A DNA stretch of 64,000 bases, taken from positions 26,250,560 through 26,314,559 of the forward strand of contig NC_134027.1 in NCBI RefSeq assembly GCF_964204645.1. The letters are read 5' to 3'. Positions 12,268 through 26,361 of this stretch are shown in pieces. The translations under genes were made by a program, and so were the position numbers. The DNA comes from Tubulanus polymorphus (lineage: Eukaryota > Animalia > Nemertea). Position 1 is the stretch's first letter; the number at the start of each line of letters is the position of its first letter. The notes beneath the pieces are model-generated. The model made no database searches. It had not been told where the DNA came from and worked only from the letters and a program-made list of their open reading frames with translations.

Positions 12268-14452
12268 TATTCTATCCGTCAGAACCGCCGATATTCGAGT
12301 AAAAATTACTCAATCCCACAGTAACACGCGAGATAAACTTCCTTCTATCAGTAATTCAACGATGCGAACGCCTTTATCAATAACAGTGTATATGGACGGA
12401 CACTGTACGCGATGGGTTTAGCCCGTAACGTATCAAATATTTATACAAACCGCTGTAGTAAGCTATTATAACTACGTGACGGAGACGACTCCCTAGTTTA
12501 TTGAGATCGGCGACAGTATAATCTAGCGATCGGTCGCAGGACGGTTCACTTTCCGCCAGTAAAAGTCGCGATAACGATCATTCGAATATACGCGCAGAAA
12601 AACGGCTCTAATCTAACCGCCTATTGTCGTACGATGTTATTTCACCCACATCGGCCGTATGAATATCAACCAGCTGACAATCATATTATATCTACCCTCA
12701 TTACTCACAGATGGAGGAAACTTTAACTGTTCTGAGTGTCCCGCGAGTTTTTAGTTCTAAATCCGCTAATTAACGCGCTATTAATGATCAGACTTGTACC
12801 AGTCATCGTTTACGCGTTAAGGCAATTCGGTTATCTTCGCTTCAAATCCGACAACAAATCCACAATTCGAATTTGAATTCCTCGAAACAGCGATATTCTA
12901 ATTGACATGTTTGTCAACTAAACGCGACCTTTCTTTCTCTCAAATGTCACCCTTTTAACTGAAGAGACCGTTTCCACGTCTACGAGCAACTTCTTAAACT
13001 CGAGAACGAAGCATCTATCCTACTATTATCATGGAATAATTCTCAAATATTATATTCGGTCCTCGATGGCGCCAGAAAACTTGCGAATTGCTGTTGACAT
13101 TGTCAGAAAACGCCCTTCCGTTCCTCGGTTTAAACGATGTAATTGCAACAGAAAGCGAACAACATATAAACAATGTATCAGATGACCACTGACAAGTCGT
13201 CATTGACAACTGTTCAACAATGTACAGATGACCACCGCGTAGCAATCGACTCGCCGCTACTGATACGACTGACCGATCAAGCGGGTCGCTTTCCCGCTTA
13301 CGCAAAGAACCCGAACCGGCCACCGGACGCGTACAGTGCACCGCAGAAGTGACTGAAATTGATGAGAACTGCAAACATTAATGCAACATTCACCGCGCTG
13401 GCCGCAATAAAGGTATATAATTATTGACCACAACGATGTCATGTTTGCCGGCGAGAGTAATACGATATTAACAGCAGGAAACCGAGTAAATTAGAGTCGG
13501 CACAGATCAAAAGGTTACGTGGACAGTAACCCGGGCGTGGTCTGAACAACGACTACTCATTATATCAGACAATATTCAACTATTCTTCATTCGTCGCTAG
13601 ATTGGATTCCGAGGTAATACACCTGACGCCACAACGCGCGTCATACTGGACGTCAGGCGCTATAACAGCTTACTGAAGTAAACAGCAAAAGTTGACTGAC
13701 TGCAATTTCGCGCCCGATATGACGTATATAAACAATACTAAATGGGCCACTTTGATTTGACCTGCTTTTGCTTCTGATACGTACAACTTGGAAACAGTTG
13801 ATTTCATGCGCGATCTAGAAATAGAGATAAATTTCCCTCACTATTCCCTGACTTTATTAAAAAAAGAAGTTTTCTTGACTTTTTCTTGGTTTCCAGATAA
13901 GTCGTTGCACGTGTGACGTCACTGGGGTGATGTTAATGTCGAGAGCCTCGGTGCCTGTAGACTGGCGTTAACGATATATAACCCACCGTGTAACGCGATT
14001 CAATTTCTATTCCATGGGTTTTAGTAAAACTTGGCCAAAACAAACATGAAATAAGTAACTCCGCGGGAATTGGTTAAATTAGGTCGGAAGTTAGCGAAGA
14101 TGTGAGAGAGAACAGGTCTGTGCGACTGGATTTTTTATTCTCTTCGTAACGCCAATTAAGCAAGATAAAGGTGCATTGAACACACGTGACAGACTAGAGA
14201 AGCCATGTGTGTCTCTTCCAATCCAATTAGCACTGCTGCCGGAACTGCAAAACAACGAGAAGAAATGCCAACAGCGCTTAGGGAATGCTTGGAAAAATAC
14301 GATCAGTAGTAAAAATGTAGTATGAATCGCGCAGGCGGAGGGTGATCTCGCAGCAACTATTGTAAAAAAACATTATCACCGATCTGTATTCGAAGATCGG
14401 GGAAAAAATTTAACAGCGACGCGACGAAAGTCTCTTTCAAACTCTATAGCGA

Positions 14453-14589
14453 TGGGGCCAGTTCCATATAGTTCCATAGACATAAGTCAAGAAACGATCT
14501 TAGACTTAAGCACAGGTCTTAAGTCGTTAGATTAGTTGACGATAATCAAAGTCTAAGCCAAGACTATACCGGTATAGAACCAGCCCCCA
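14453..14589. mobile_element. Short MITE-like element of a dispersed family (relatives at about 2820-3060, 29690-29820, 50525-50790, 51790-51845, 60130-60200)
   Basis: Imperfect TIR TGGGGCCAGTTCCATA / TATAGAACCAGCCCCCA. The internal motif GGTCTTAAGTTGTTAGATTGGCTATAGAAC recurs at the listed sites in both orientations. Confidence 0.55.
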
Positions 14590-15031
14590 GCATTTTTAAG
14601 TTTTTTGAAGTTTTCTCTCTCTCGCTCCCGCTTCAAGCAAAATCTACTTTCATCGTGGAAAAGACCTGTACCTTTTGATACTTGTTTCGCCGTAGCGAAA
14701 AACGTCGATGTTGTCGCTGTAGTTTTAAAAGATCAATGTGTCACTGATGTGTCTCGTCCGTTACGAAATACACATGAGACATACTAATTAATTCCGAACA
14801 AAAATATGATCCGCGATCATCGCTTCTTCGAAGTAAACCGAGAAGACTTATTAAGATTTTTGGCTCCTGTGGGGTTTTTGTAAAGTTTTCTCAGTACGGA
14901 ATGATCATTTTTCGCTAAATGAAGATTCTTATTCGAGATGATTTTTGATGATTACACAATCTTCTCAGCATAAAAAACGTCGCCATTAATTATTATGTTA
15001 AGACAGAGAAACTCGTCGTTGGTCTTGACTT

Positions 15032-15128
15032 GCAACACCACCTGGCGGTTTGACTGATTCTAACGCAAAGAATCAATTGCTGAAACGACGTCTAGAGTTT
15101 CCCGAATGATCAATACTATTTTAGATCT
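15032..15128 (+). repeat. Dispersed repeat of about 100 bp (copies at 33443-33541 +, 58619-58731 -)
   Basis: Shared CAACACCACCTGGCG...TTGCYGAAACGRCGTCTAGAGTT(T)CCC...ATGCTATTTTAGAT. Confidence 0.7.
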
Positions 15129-18100
15129 ATCGACTACAAAACAATTTCAAGATTATATTATTATATGAATCTTAATCTTGTTTTTGAAAAATTTTTCGAA
15201 GGCAAATCGCGACCTGCGTCGCAGGAAATCCCTTTTAGAATTTACCCTTGTTAGAAACTGAATCCATGCACCGATTATCGTGGATGCTTTAATGTCCAGA
15301 AAGATATACATCGCTGGTTTGTTTCCGATTGATCGCCGGTTGTTTTTCCCGTTCAGTTTATTGTTCGAAGTCATCGAGCGTCAGTGTTATACAGGAATTT
15401 CACCGGCAAAATCGTACAATATCGTCAAATATGATTTACAATTGCTTCCGATGAGAACGATTTATGGCATATAAAAACTATCGATTTCTTCGTATTTTCC
15501 TTATAATTGCAATAATCAGTGATTTATTTCATCACGTGATGAGACTCTTAATGAATGAAGCCTTGTTTGAAATGAACGTCGAACCCGTGACGAGTTCTAA
15601 TGATTGCTATATACACTAATTCGTGATCATTATTACACGGTATTAGCTTCTAGAGACTTTTAGAAATTAATGATTTTTTATAAGGAAAATTGATTTCCTC
15701 TTTAAGTGGAACTCTGAGGACTTGGTTTGGCTAGATTCTGATCTGCTGCGTTTATTTATAAACAAATTCACATTCAAAGTAGCGGAGCTTTCCTAGGATC
15801 CAAGGGTAAGTGTCTACATGACTGGTCACAGTGTGGTATTGCTCAGTGGAAATAAGTTGGGTGTTAGGCCAAGCGCTTCGGGTCTATGGTTTTTAAGTTA
15901 GGTTAGGTTTCGAAATAAGGTTTGCGCACACAACTATCAATCAACAAACCACATCGCTTAGGATTTTTCACACGAGAATTTTTCTTTTTGAATTCATTTT
16001 CATTCAAACGAAGCATGAACTAATTTAATTTACCCCTGTTGTTTCCCGTTACACTATCGGCGCGATATGACATCCGACCCTCATCTCGCTGTGTATACGA
16101 TTCACATTTAACTCGACACATACGAATCAGTTCTCCACAATCTCGAATAATCTCGCGAGAAGAAATACAGCGTAGCGGTAATTCTAAAGTTAATTTCATC
16201 GATTCATCAGAATTCTATAAATTTTCAATGCTCGTCGCCGATCAATCGGTTTCGTGGTTCAGCGCTTTTTCTAATACGTCTTCAGCGAATCTAATTTGTG
16301 CTTCTTCAGACGAACATCATCCGACGACCCGTCACCAACTCGCACAATATTCAATTCAATTCATCGACAGTCGGCAGGAATTTTCTATACAAATAATCTA
16401 GCCGAAATGGGAGGATTCTTTTACAGTTGCGAAAATGAAACACGGGAATTAGATCGAGTCTTTCACAACTAATATTTGTACTTCAACATCTGACTTTAAG
16501 ATCAAACCCTCCTGTTTCGTTCGCGACATGTGTGGTGGGTTTGTAAGGGACACCAGAGAGGTTCTTTCTCACCTCCCTGGTCCGAGAGCAAAGATCCCTG
16601 ACGAAATGGACTGAATAACCTTTGCTCCTACAAAGATCATTACACTTTCTGAAGTGTTACACGGACGCGCAAGAGTCATCAGAGAGAAATCAAGCGTAAT
16701 TCGTTAATTACCATGTTACTTAGAGACTCTTATTCTCCTCTCAATCTCTTTCTCCTCTCTTACTCTTAGTGCAAGGTGATTAACAAAAAATTCAACTCGG
16801 TACACTTTGGGCAAAATCTCAATTAGAAAAACACTACACGGTCAAAGCTGATCGGGACCGAGGGGTGAAGCAAGGTGATATACTCGCTACCATTGACTAA
16901 CTAGGTTCACCAGCTAACTTCCCATCTCGGTTACATCCACGAATTGACAGCACAAGCATATGATTCACTATTCAAACGGATGCGTTTCATATTTTGAAGA
17001 AAAATAATCGCCCGAGTTGACACTTCAAAAACGCGAACTGCGCTCAGTCGGAACTGTACAGTTCGCATGATTTCCCTGACGGCGCGATTCGACGAAGACT
17101 TCGAGAGACAACGCGTTAACGAATTGTTCCCTTAAGGAAATGAAGAATCAACAAGATCAAAATGGTATCATCGCCACGAGGTGATTATTGGTGACAACTG
17201 TATAACCGAACGTTATAGATGAGCGATTCGCATGGTCTGTTTGTAAGGCGGTCGCCAGACGGGATCTGCTGCACACCATTTAGCCATCGCTCAATTCGTA
17301 TTTTATCGGACCGTGTTGAATCATAATGAAACAAAAATGTCTTTTTTAGGTCGCGTCAGTGGTTATAATCTCACATCGGGAGCCGCAGCTGTTAATTGAG
17401 TTAATGCGGCGGGCGTCAGGGAAAATGACGTTATTCGCGGAGAGCTGTTTTTCGGTCCGTCATTCGTCGTCAGGCTTCCGCGATATCTTAACTAAATCGA
17501 AGCAACAAACTACCGCAAAAATCTAAACTATCGGCGCGATAACCTCAAAATGATACTAACATTTGGAGTATGCGTCGGTATTCATAACCTACCATTATGA
17601 TTACGAAAGATATTTGGGAAAGGAGCTTTTGAAGAGGAATTCCATACATTTTCTACGGAATCTATTTATAGACTATGGGAATTCACCGGCCCGAGTTGTT
17701 CCGACATCTCCCGAACTGTTAACAGCTATTTAAGACGAATTACAGTCTAATGAATCGTTCTGGGCTAAATAAAATAAGACACCTGCGTTGAAAATGTGGA
17801 AATTACGGGTAGTTTACATGATAAGGATCCAGTTATGATTTGACCCTAGAACCCATTTATGGAACTAGGACTCAACCACTGCTGTTCAGATTAATATCTT
17901 CACGGGTCACACGTTGACAAAATGAAGTGCCTCATTACACGTCAATATTTCCGAATGTTAACGATTAATGATTCAGTTATGATTAGAGCCATTTCCTAGA
18001 AGCGCGCGCCCCTAGCTCCTCAGATGAGTATCGTGGTCACACTTCACACGGGTCGCAAGTAGAAAAAAAACTAAGTGGCTCATTAATGCCGTATTTCCAT

Positions 18101-19595
18101 TTCACGCACGACACCGCAGCGAAAAAACTAAGAGAGTAAAATAAATGCCTCGGTGAAAAACACTGCTATATCGGATTCGATGTCAAATGTGTCTCCCGTA
18201 ACATTTCCCACTGGCTGCTGCGCGTTTTCAATAATATCACACAGTCGTCAAAAAGCTTTTAGTCGCAATCAAACTGCCTTCCGTCATCGTGTCAAAACGA
18301 CCTCTCCAACGAATTAAATACACTCGCCACGTTATATCGTGTTACACTAAATCATTGCTCCATTTACGGACGTATATATTTTTTTAAGAGTTGATTTCCT
18401 TCTAGACTTAAAAACATGCGCACCGCTCTATTTTTATTGACGCGTGGAGAGTGAGGTATCGATAAGGCACTCAAGTAATAAACTCAAGGTGAAATTCCTG
18501 ATCGAATGAAGGTATATGAATTGAATACATGTTATGGGTGCAATGTCTTAAGATGCAGAAAACACGGAAACAGGGACAGAAACATGTTTTCTAGTGTTTC
18601 CCAATGTCGTGTGCGTGAATCGAGAAATGCGGTTTCGGGAACATTCCGATATCAAACACGGCTTGATTTCGTGTTTCCGTCTGTTTCCTTGCGCCGTGTG
18701 CGCGGTGGGCTTCACATGTTGCAAATACCGAAAAAAATTACAAATGTCACCATTGAATTGGCGGATATCACTTAAGTTAATTGTTCACTGTTCACTTCGC
18801 GCTAAGCTTCTCAAGGGAAAGTCGCAAGTTCTATGCAGTATTTTTGTCGTCTGCACTCGCATCGCGATAGTAGCGGTTTGATTGGTAGTGACATACACTC
18901 ATTTTCTAAATGGATGTCGGCTACATTGGCGAGGAAACGAGTAAATGCGACGATACGTCATGAGATCCAAATCAGTCTATCAGGAAACGAGTCCATTTTG
19001 CCGCAATCGAAAAGCATTCTCCGACTGGGCGAATTATGTTTCGCTGCCTGCTCTTTCCTTCCCCAATTTGTTAAAGAGCGCAGGGAGCTTCTTCTTCTAA
19101 TAGTGAATTGTCACTTCCTAACCACACGAAGGTCACGGACGATATTCTTCACTCGTATAAGTGAGCTACTCGGAGAAGTTCCCCTATCAACGCGCTCCAC
19201 GCATTTTCGAGTAAAGTTTACAGAGAACCGCTACAACATCGATCTAGCAGTTATAAATATTGGCAGTGGTTAGTCTTGATAACTACTTGATCTACAAGTG
19301 GTTTATGAGGAGCCGATGAACTGTTAGCGAAGCTCAATGATTAATGCATAACGGTCAATATTAGCTTAATCTTCTATTACCGATCTGTTGATAGAAGAAA
19401 GAGTTGTTTCGCGGAAATTATGCATAAATCATTAACGAATAGAAGAGTCTATCCGCGGATGGGTTATCAGAAATAACAATGAATGTTGATATAGACATAC
19501 ATTACCCTTCTGCGCTACAAGATATGACCCTAGGCCCAGATACGGTTTTACGACTACCAGACACATTAGAAATTAAGAAAAGATTCCCGACTTAC

Positions 19596-19734
19596 CTCAT
19601 ATTCCATCTCAAAAGGTCGATCGTCGTCGTAAGTATCGTCGTACTCGTAACCATTAGCCATTTCTATATCCGTTAGTCCGAGGTCTGCGCTCGGTGAAAA
19701 TGCCACTGGTTGTCGGGAGGCAGGCTGATACAAC
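19596..19734 (-). CDS. PDZRN3: PDZRN3/4-like exon: acidic PDZ1-PDZ2 linker ((G)LYQPASRQPVAFSPSADLGLTDIEMANGYEYDDTYDDDRPFEMEYE)
   Basis: Acceptor tatattgtag|G and donor TATGAG|gtaagt. 139 nt (1+46 codons) bridges the phase-2 end of the previous exon to the phase-0 start of the next. Ends in EMEYE like the family's acidic pre-PDZ2 segment. Confidence 0.88.
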
Positions 19735-22700
19735 CTACAATATACAACATCGTTACATGTTTCAGCGGAAAAAAAACCATTATGAGGAGCAGAATTCTAT
19801 AGAATACGATAAACATTAACAGTGGATTCGGGCAAAGGGTCCCCCTGATACTTTTGTTGACGAAAGTTTTGACAAATTTCTCATGATTCGTGATCAATAT
19901 TTTGTTTAGATTTCATATGACATATCCTCAGATCATCAAGATTTGCTGAACCTTCGGCGTTCGTTTCGTCGGGATACCCCTAATAATGCGAAGAGGTCCC
20001 ATCTATATATTATGTTGGTTCCCCTAAAGCTAACCCTAGATTCGCCCTTGAATAACGCCGGTATTTGTATACAACATTCTGAATCTTGTATTTAACCAAA
20101 ACAACGTCAATGTTTTCTTGCTGCCAATATAGATTCTGTAAATAGAAGTTTTATAGTTGGAAAAACTGCCCGTGCTCGGTGCACCGCGCGCGCGGTGGTT
20201 GTTCGTGTTTTCGATCAAATTGCTGATGATTTCGCTGATAATAGATACGTTCATTTCGAACTGAATTAACCTTCAACGAAGAGCTCGATTGAAGTATTGA
20301 TTAAACAACACTAGAACTTTCTTCGCTATTCATATTATTTATATGGATTAAAATGGAGAAGTTAAAAAGAAAGGTTATAGGATACAAACGAATTGTCGTA
20401 TAAAAAGGGTCAGTGAAAACAGTATTTGATGTCCAGAATAGCGTTTAATGATGGGAAAATCGAATCTGTCACAAAAAAAGCCAAAGAATATCCGGGGACC
20501 AAGTTACCATTGAAAACTCGTGTTTTGAAAAGATGCCTGTAGCGATATGCCTTTTCTAACTGCGCCTCAGGACTAACTGTTCTTTTCATGACTACCGCTT
20601 CCAGCAACTCGATCGAGTGGCCCGAGGTGACTGGATCAGCCTGCGTCGCCGCCCGAAGCCATTGTTTCGTGTGAAAAGTACCAAACATACCTCTTCGAGG
20701 ATAAATATGGCCGGCAAAAATGGCAAAAATGGCAAACATGTGACAATTGTGAAGTGAACTCTGAATACAAGACTGTGTAGCTATACGTGACCTCTTTATG
20801 AGGCGCACCCGGGCCCTAGAGGAATCATATATCCGCCTAGACTAAACTCATTTTCTAGCAACTTAGACTACAACATAATCGTTTATCCGATACTATTTTC
20901 CTCGGGCAAATATACAAAACACAACAAAATCCGAAAATACAAAATGCATCTAGCGAATTGTTAAGTATGGATTTCTACTATTCGACAATGTATCTCGTAA
21001 ATCGAAATGCATATGTGAAAACTCTTACCAAGACAGAACTTTCAAATCTGGACAGTTCGAAGTCATCATCGTGTTAGCATCGTAATTACGATCCATATTC
21101 CTAGAATACGATCTGCGCCTAGTTTTTATATCAAGTCTTATACATCCAGCAGCTGAACACATCCTCAATATTCACGTGTTGTTAAATTCTCTTATAGTTT
21201 TCTTTTATTCGTTTTGTTCGTTGTTTTTCACGTGGATTCAACGATGAATAATGGATACACGCCACAGAAATAATTCATAGCCGCTCATCAACTATATCCG
21301 CCGACATGACACAGCTGAAATTGTCAGGAGTTGAGAACGACTATATATCATAAGCGATGTCTGGTTTGACTATCGCGTGAACCCGGCAATCATAGCGGCT
21401 AATGTGCGACCACTACCCTGGAATAGTGAGCGAGTTCGATGTAAACAGGTTTTAGGGGTCGGCGCATGGGAAGCGCATCGGTTATCGCGCATCTTAAACC
21501 GAGACAAAGGCGTTTCATAGGCTTACAATGATGGAAAAGCATTGTCCGTATTCATAGACGCACCTGGTTACATTGTCGAGAACTAATCACTTTGGCTCAT
21601 GTTTACCCCATTTACAAAGACATCGCCGGCAGTGCTTTTTATCCGCTCATAATTGGAGCATTGTCGATTCGGACAATAGTTAATAATGACATGTTTCACT
21701 GACATGCCGGTATCGATTGATCTAGTACCGGGACGGATACGAGCCGGAGAAGATGCGCTAGGTCATAGGTCACTGATTGAACACGATGGCCGCCGACTCG
21801 CCGGGGAATAGCACCGTCTCTTATGACCGTCAACCTCGTTATTTCTGTTCGCAAATGAACAATAGCGACGTTCAATAATGAGACAGTCGGCGCTGCTTTG
21901 ATGTTGAGAAACACAGCGAGACAACTTCCACGATAACAGCCCGCATTTTACTAATTGGTTCAAACATCTGAAATTGTCCGGAGAATTCGAAACCTCGACT
22001 GTAATTATGCATTTAATTTGCATCAGAATTTAACGGCTACGAAATTGGTTTATCGAGCCTTAAAATACGATCTAATCAAAACTCGCGCGTTACAATCAGC
22101 TTTTAGTGTAATTCTATTGCCTGAAATGAAATGGCGTTTTGATAAAAATCTAATAAAATCAGTTTGCCGTCGCCGCCTCTCTCTCGCGCGCGCGCGGAGT
22201 CCCCGACATCAAAGTTACACTGAAAGCATTTCATCTACGCGACAATATCGAATAGCGTCAACTAGAAAACGATAAAATCCATATTTCAGACACGTTATTA
22301 CTTGTGAAAGCTATGAAATTTCATACTGATTTCAGCAGTAAAAGCTCTACGCGTTGAGAATCATTCTGTGCAGTATGTCTTTCTTCCCCAGTTACGATAC
22401 GCAGGGAGTTGACGTGAAATGAAAACTAGCCGATGGCGGTACGCGGGTTTCAATCAGAAATCCACACTCGGCAGGTTAATTCGACGTTTCTTACGGCTCA
22501 ATCTCAAAAGCAATATTTTCCTATGCGTTATGCAGACTTAGCGTTCAGTAAAGCTCAGGCGCTAATGCGACGTAGCTTTCAGTAAAGTCCGGGCGTGGTC
22601 GACGGGTGCAACGATGGCCTCCGACACCGAAGGTTCCGAGATGGAGGCAAGAAAATATATTAGATTTTTTTCAAATTTTATGATTAACAATATTGTATAA

Positions 22701-23351
22701 GTCAAGATAACACGCAATTTCTGTGTAAGATGTAGATAAGGTTTTCTACTAACATCCTTCATTAAACTTCGAATAACATAAAATTTTGAAATTTGAACAC
22801 GAGAATTTAGTGATAACCCGTGAATCTTATCGATAAACTCAAGGTTAAAAAGTTGCTGAAAAGTTGGTCGGAAAATGCTACGATATAAATGAAGTTTCAT
22901 CCATCGCTTAGTCGACTAATCTACGAGCAACTCGTCCCCCGAGATGAAGAGCGGCCACAGACATTTCAAATATCTCTCCCTGTTAATAGACCAGTTTATG
23001 GTTCAGACATTAGTTTTTATGATATCAGGGTCGTTTAGTGGTCGACCATTAATTGACGATTAAATGAGTAACGAATTAACTGGTAGCGAATGTTACGGTG
23101 AGTTTATTGGACAATAAACTGAAACTCAACCGATATTTTATTGCCGTTTTTATGAACAGGTTGACATTTTATACCGACCCGTGAGAAACAGTTATATAAA
23201 CTGTTATAAATGATTGTCTGGCGGAGCGAGAGGGGTACGGAGAGGGAGGGTGCTATAAACAGTAAAACGTTTAAAGCGTTGTAAAACTATAGTCGAATGA
23301 TGAAAGTCGCGAGACAACTCGGTCGATTATGAGGGTGGAGTGTGGGCTTTA

Positions 23352-23596
<245 letters not shown>

Positions 23597-24391
23597 AAGC
23601 TTTGCAGAAGGCTTTACGATGGATCCTTCGTTCATTCGCATTGAAAAGTATCATTAACGATCATGAACTTAATTCGAATACATTTAGTAAAACAAGTTAC
23701 CAAAATGTCGGGATTTGAGCAAATATTTATAGTTTAGCTCAGACTGGTCACCGCTCTATGTAAGCCGGTGTAGAGGTTTTCATTCAACGCTGTATTTGCC
23801 GACGATTCAGTCTTAAATTTCATTTAATTCGCGAATACACGGATTTAAGTGGCCCGGCTCGTGAAACCCGACTCGGGTCCATATTGAACGGGCCAATCAC
23901 TGTCAATAGTCCGCGACACTAAGGACCGGGATTAACTGACAATAGCGATGGAGGAACCTCCCGGGAAAAGAAAGGTGTCGGCGAGATCAAACGAAAGATC
24001 TTCGTTCTATAATCAGAACCAAAGTGCGCAATATCGGCAAGCGAAGAAGCTCAGTTCCGCCCATCGAACCATTGTTTTTCGCAACTGAAATTCAATTCAA
24101 AACACAGCCATCTGTCGATTCGATTCGAAACTGACGCTCGAACGGCAGCTCAAACCGTGCACTCTAAAAAAAAGTCAATTGTGCTCAATCGAAGCATTTT
24201 TAATCTCGTAGATTTATTCCAAGGTTAATTATATTTCATTTAGAAAGGGCAATCGGCAATTAGATTAAAAATTCCACTTAAAATAGTCAATAGAAACACT
24301 CACATTCTGAAAATTGAGTCCAAAAAGTTTGCAAAGACCCAGATGCGCAATTTCAACCCTTAATCAGAACAGTGCGGAACTATAGAATCCT

Positions 24392-24490
24392 CTATTCCTG
24401 AAGATGACTATCAATAGTTGAACAGTTGAAATAAATCCATAACTCAAGGAAACCTGTTCGGACTGTTCTTTTTTCTGAATGCGGGATTCG
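24392..24490 (+). mobile_element. Degenerate copy of the 5.85-kb hammerhead/PLE repeat
   Basis: TATTCCTGAAGATGACTAT...TAGTTGAACAGTTGAAATAAA followed by CTCAAGGAAAC...TCGGACT...GGGATT, collinear with 5850-5957. The GAAAC core is mutated. Confidence 0.6.
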
Positions 24491-25329
24491 AGGTTTTTAA
24501 CGCGAGAACGGAACTATCTGCTAATAACTGCGATATACCTACAATCAACATAGCGTAAATTCCGTTACAATTCTTAACATCGCCAGCAAGAAAACCGAAC
24601 AGATATTGTATATAAGTTATGCGAGTATCATTATGAACTGCGTTTCTATCTATTACCCAAAGGAAGGTCAGATTTCTTTGGCGTAGAAAAATACGCATCG
24701 AATTCAGCCACCAAATCATTGATCAATTACAGGAATCCAGCGGCGGGAATCGAGCACGAGCACGATTTATCATCAAAGACAAGATCATCATTCATGAAAT
24801 ATCTTTGTTTCGTGTGTGATATGCAGCCATTCGGAAAATTATCACATTGTAACTAGAATTTCATCGTTCACGAAAATACGTTGATACAAGATACCGGACT
24901 ACACACAATCTACTACGCGCTGTCACTGTCTAGAGACATAACCGGCGCTCTGAATGATTACCATCGCTTTGTGCGTACAAAAATTCCCGCTTGATCTAAA
25001 GAGTTGCCCGGCGGAAAAACTGCTACATTTTCAAACCATCCGATATTAAAGGGTCGCGGATCTTGTGATGGTTTTTAAGAAGCCGTTTGATTGTCATTCG
25101 TAAGTGGCGCTCAGTGGTTTCAGGGAAATCATTGCATCACTAACAAACATGAGAGATTTGACCAGTAATTCAGTTAGAATCTGACACTAACACAGGATTT
25201 AGCCCCATTGGAAACGGCTAAAATTTGGCATCATTCAAAGCATTGGAAATCGACGCATTTTTGACAGTTAAGTCGAAAACCTAACCGCGAACTACTGAAC
25301 TACTATTTGTTTACTAAATCGACTCTTAC

Positions 25330-25658
25330 CCGTTGCTGTAGTTGTACATAGGGGGCGGTGTCGGCGGTCTGTACATGCCGTAATAAGCTTGATTTTCGAT
25401 GATGTCATCAGTTTGCGTCGACACCGACACGAGGGTCGCTGGTGCTCGACTCTTCATTTTGTTGCTGCTGCTGCTGCTGCTGCTGCTACTGGTACTGCTT
25501 GTTGTGTTATGTTTACTGTGGTGGTGGTGTTGAGGGGGTAGGGCGGCGCTGCTGTTGTTATTACGACGTAACACCTCGACTACTATGGGCTCTTTAGCTG
25601 CCCTGAACGCCTCGACGGCCTCTTCATGAGACGATTTCGACAGGTCCTGTCCATTTAC
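25330..25658 (-). CDS. PDZRN3: PDZRN3/4-like exon: C-terminal half of PDZ1 plus linker ([32 protein letters not shown]...VSVSTQTD...[14 protein letters not shown])
   Basis: Acceptor ttatttttctag|GTAAAT and donor AACGG|gtaaga. The peptide matches the family motif VNGxDLSxAxHxxAVEAFxxAKEPIVVxVLRR and the TQTD motif. Phase 0 start, phase 2 end. Confidence 0.95.
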
Positions 25659-26306
25659 CTAGAAAAATAAAAACAAAATTGACATTTTGATTAACATCGT
25701 CGATTAAAATCTTTCGATGGATTTATGATTAGTTTCTGGAAGGTCTTCAAAGAAGCCGCCACTGGCAGGCGAATTCAACTCCACATTTAGAAACAATTAT
25801 CATAGTGGATGAAAAAGCGCAGCGCGGGCTAATTTTTCAAACAGTTTAAGTGGATGAGCAACTCTTTTGCCGTTAGCTCGGCGTGAATATTGTCAATCAA
25901 AATTAAAACAGACAAGTCAGTCTACGGGCAAAGTGGTTCTCTTAAACGATTCAAGAACAATCGTAGTTAAAAGCCCTACGGCTGATGATGACAGCAACGT
26001 TGATGAAGTCGTGCTTGAAACATGCGTTAGAAATAAAACGAAAGATTCATTACAACTACTGCTGCTGCCGATAATAATACATCATTTAAATTATAGAAAT
26101 AATTCATCCTTTTATCTAAGTCGAATATATAAATGGCTGATAATAGTAGATGTAATCCGCTAACTAACTGTTAGTTCACCTAGAACTTGCTATCCCAACC
26201 ACATTTGATTTAAGTGACAAAGTCTTTGGGCCTCCTTCCCTAGGCGTGGGTAGAATCGACCAATTCTCTGAGCTATCATCCTGCTTTTCAGCCGACCTAC
26301 ACTTTT

Positions 26307-26361
26307 TGGGCCACTTATGACCCACAAAGTCTAGTTGGGCCACTTATGACCCACAAAGTCT
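26307..26361. repeat. Short direct duplication TTGGGCCACTTATGACCCACAAAGTCT x2
   Basis: Two adjacent identical units. Confidence 0.85.

Noticed and set aside
16565-16620. Donor GAG|gtgaga as another alternative exon
   Set aside because: No in-frame ATG before an upstream stop in phase 0 and no convincing acceptor.
20410-20808. 132-aa ORF as a transposase or gene remnant
   Set aside because: No motif I can recognise; a BLASTx search would be needed.
25326-25574. 82-aa ORF as a stand-alone gene
   Set aside because: It is part of the 25330-25658 exon; its stop codon lies in the splice donor GTAA.
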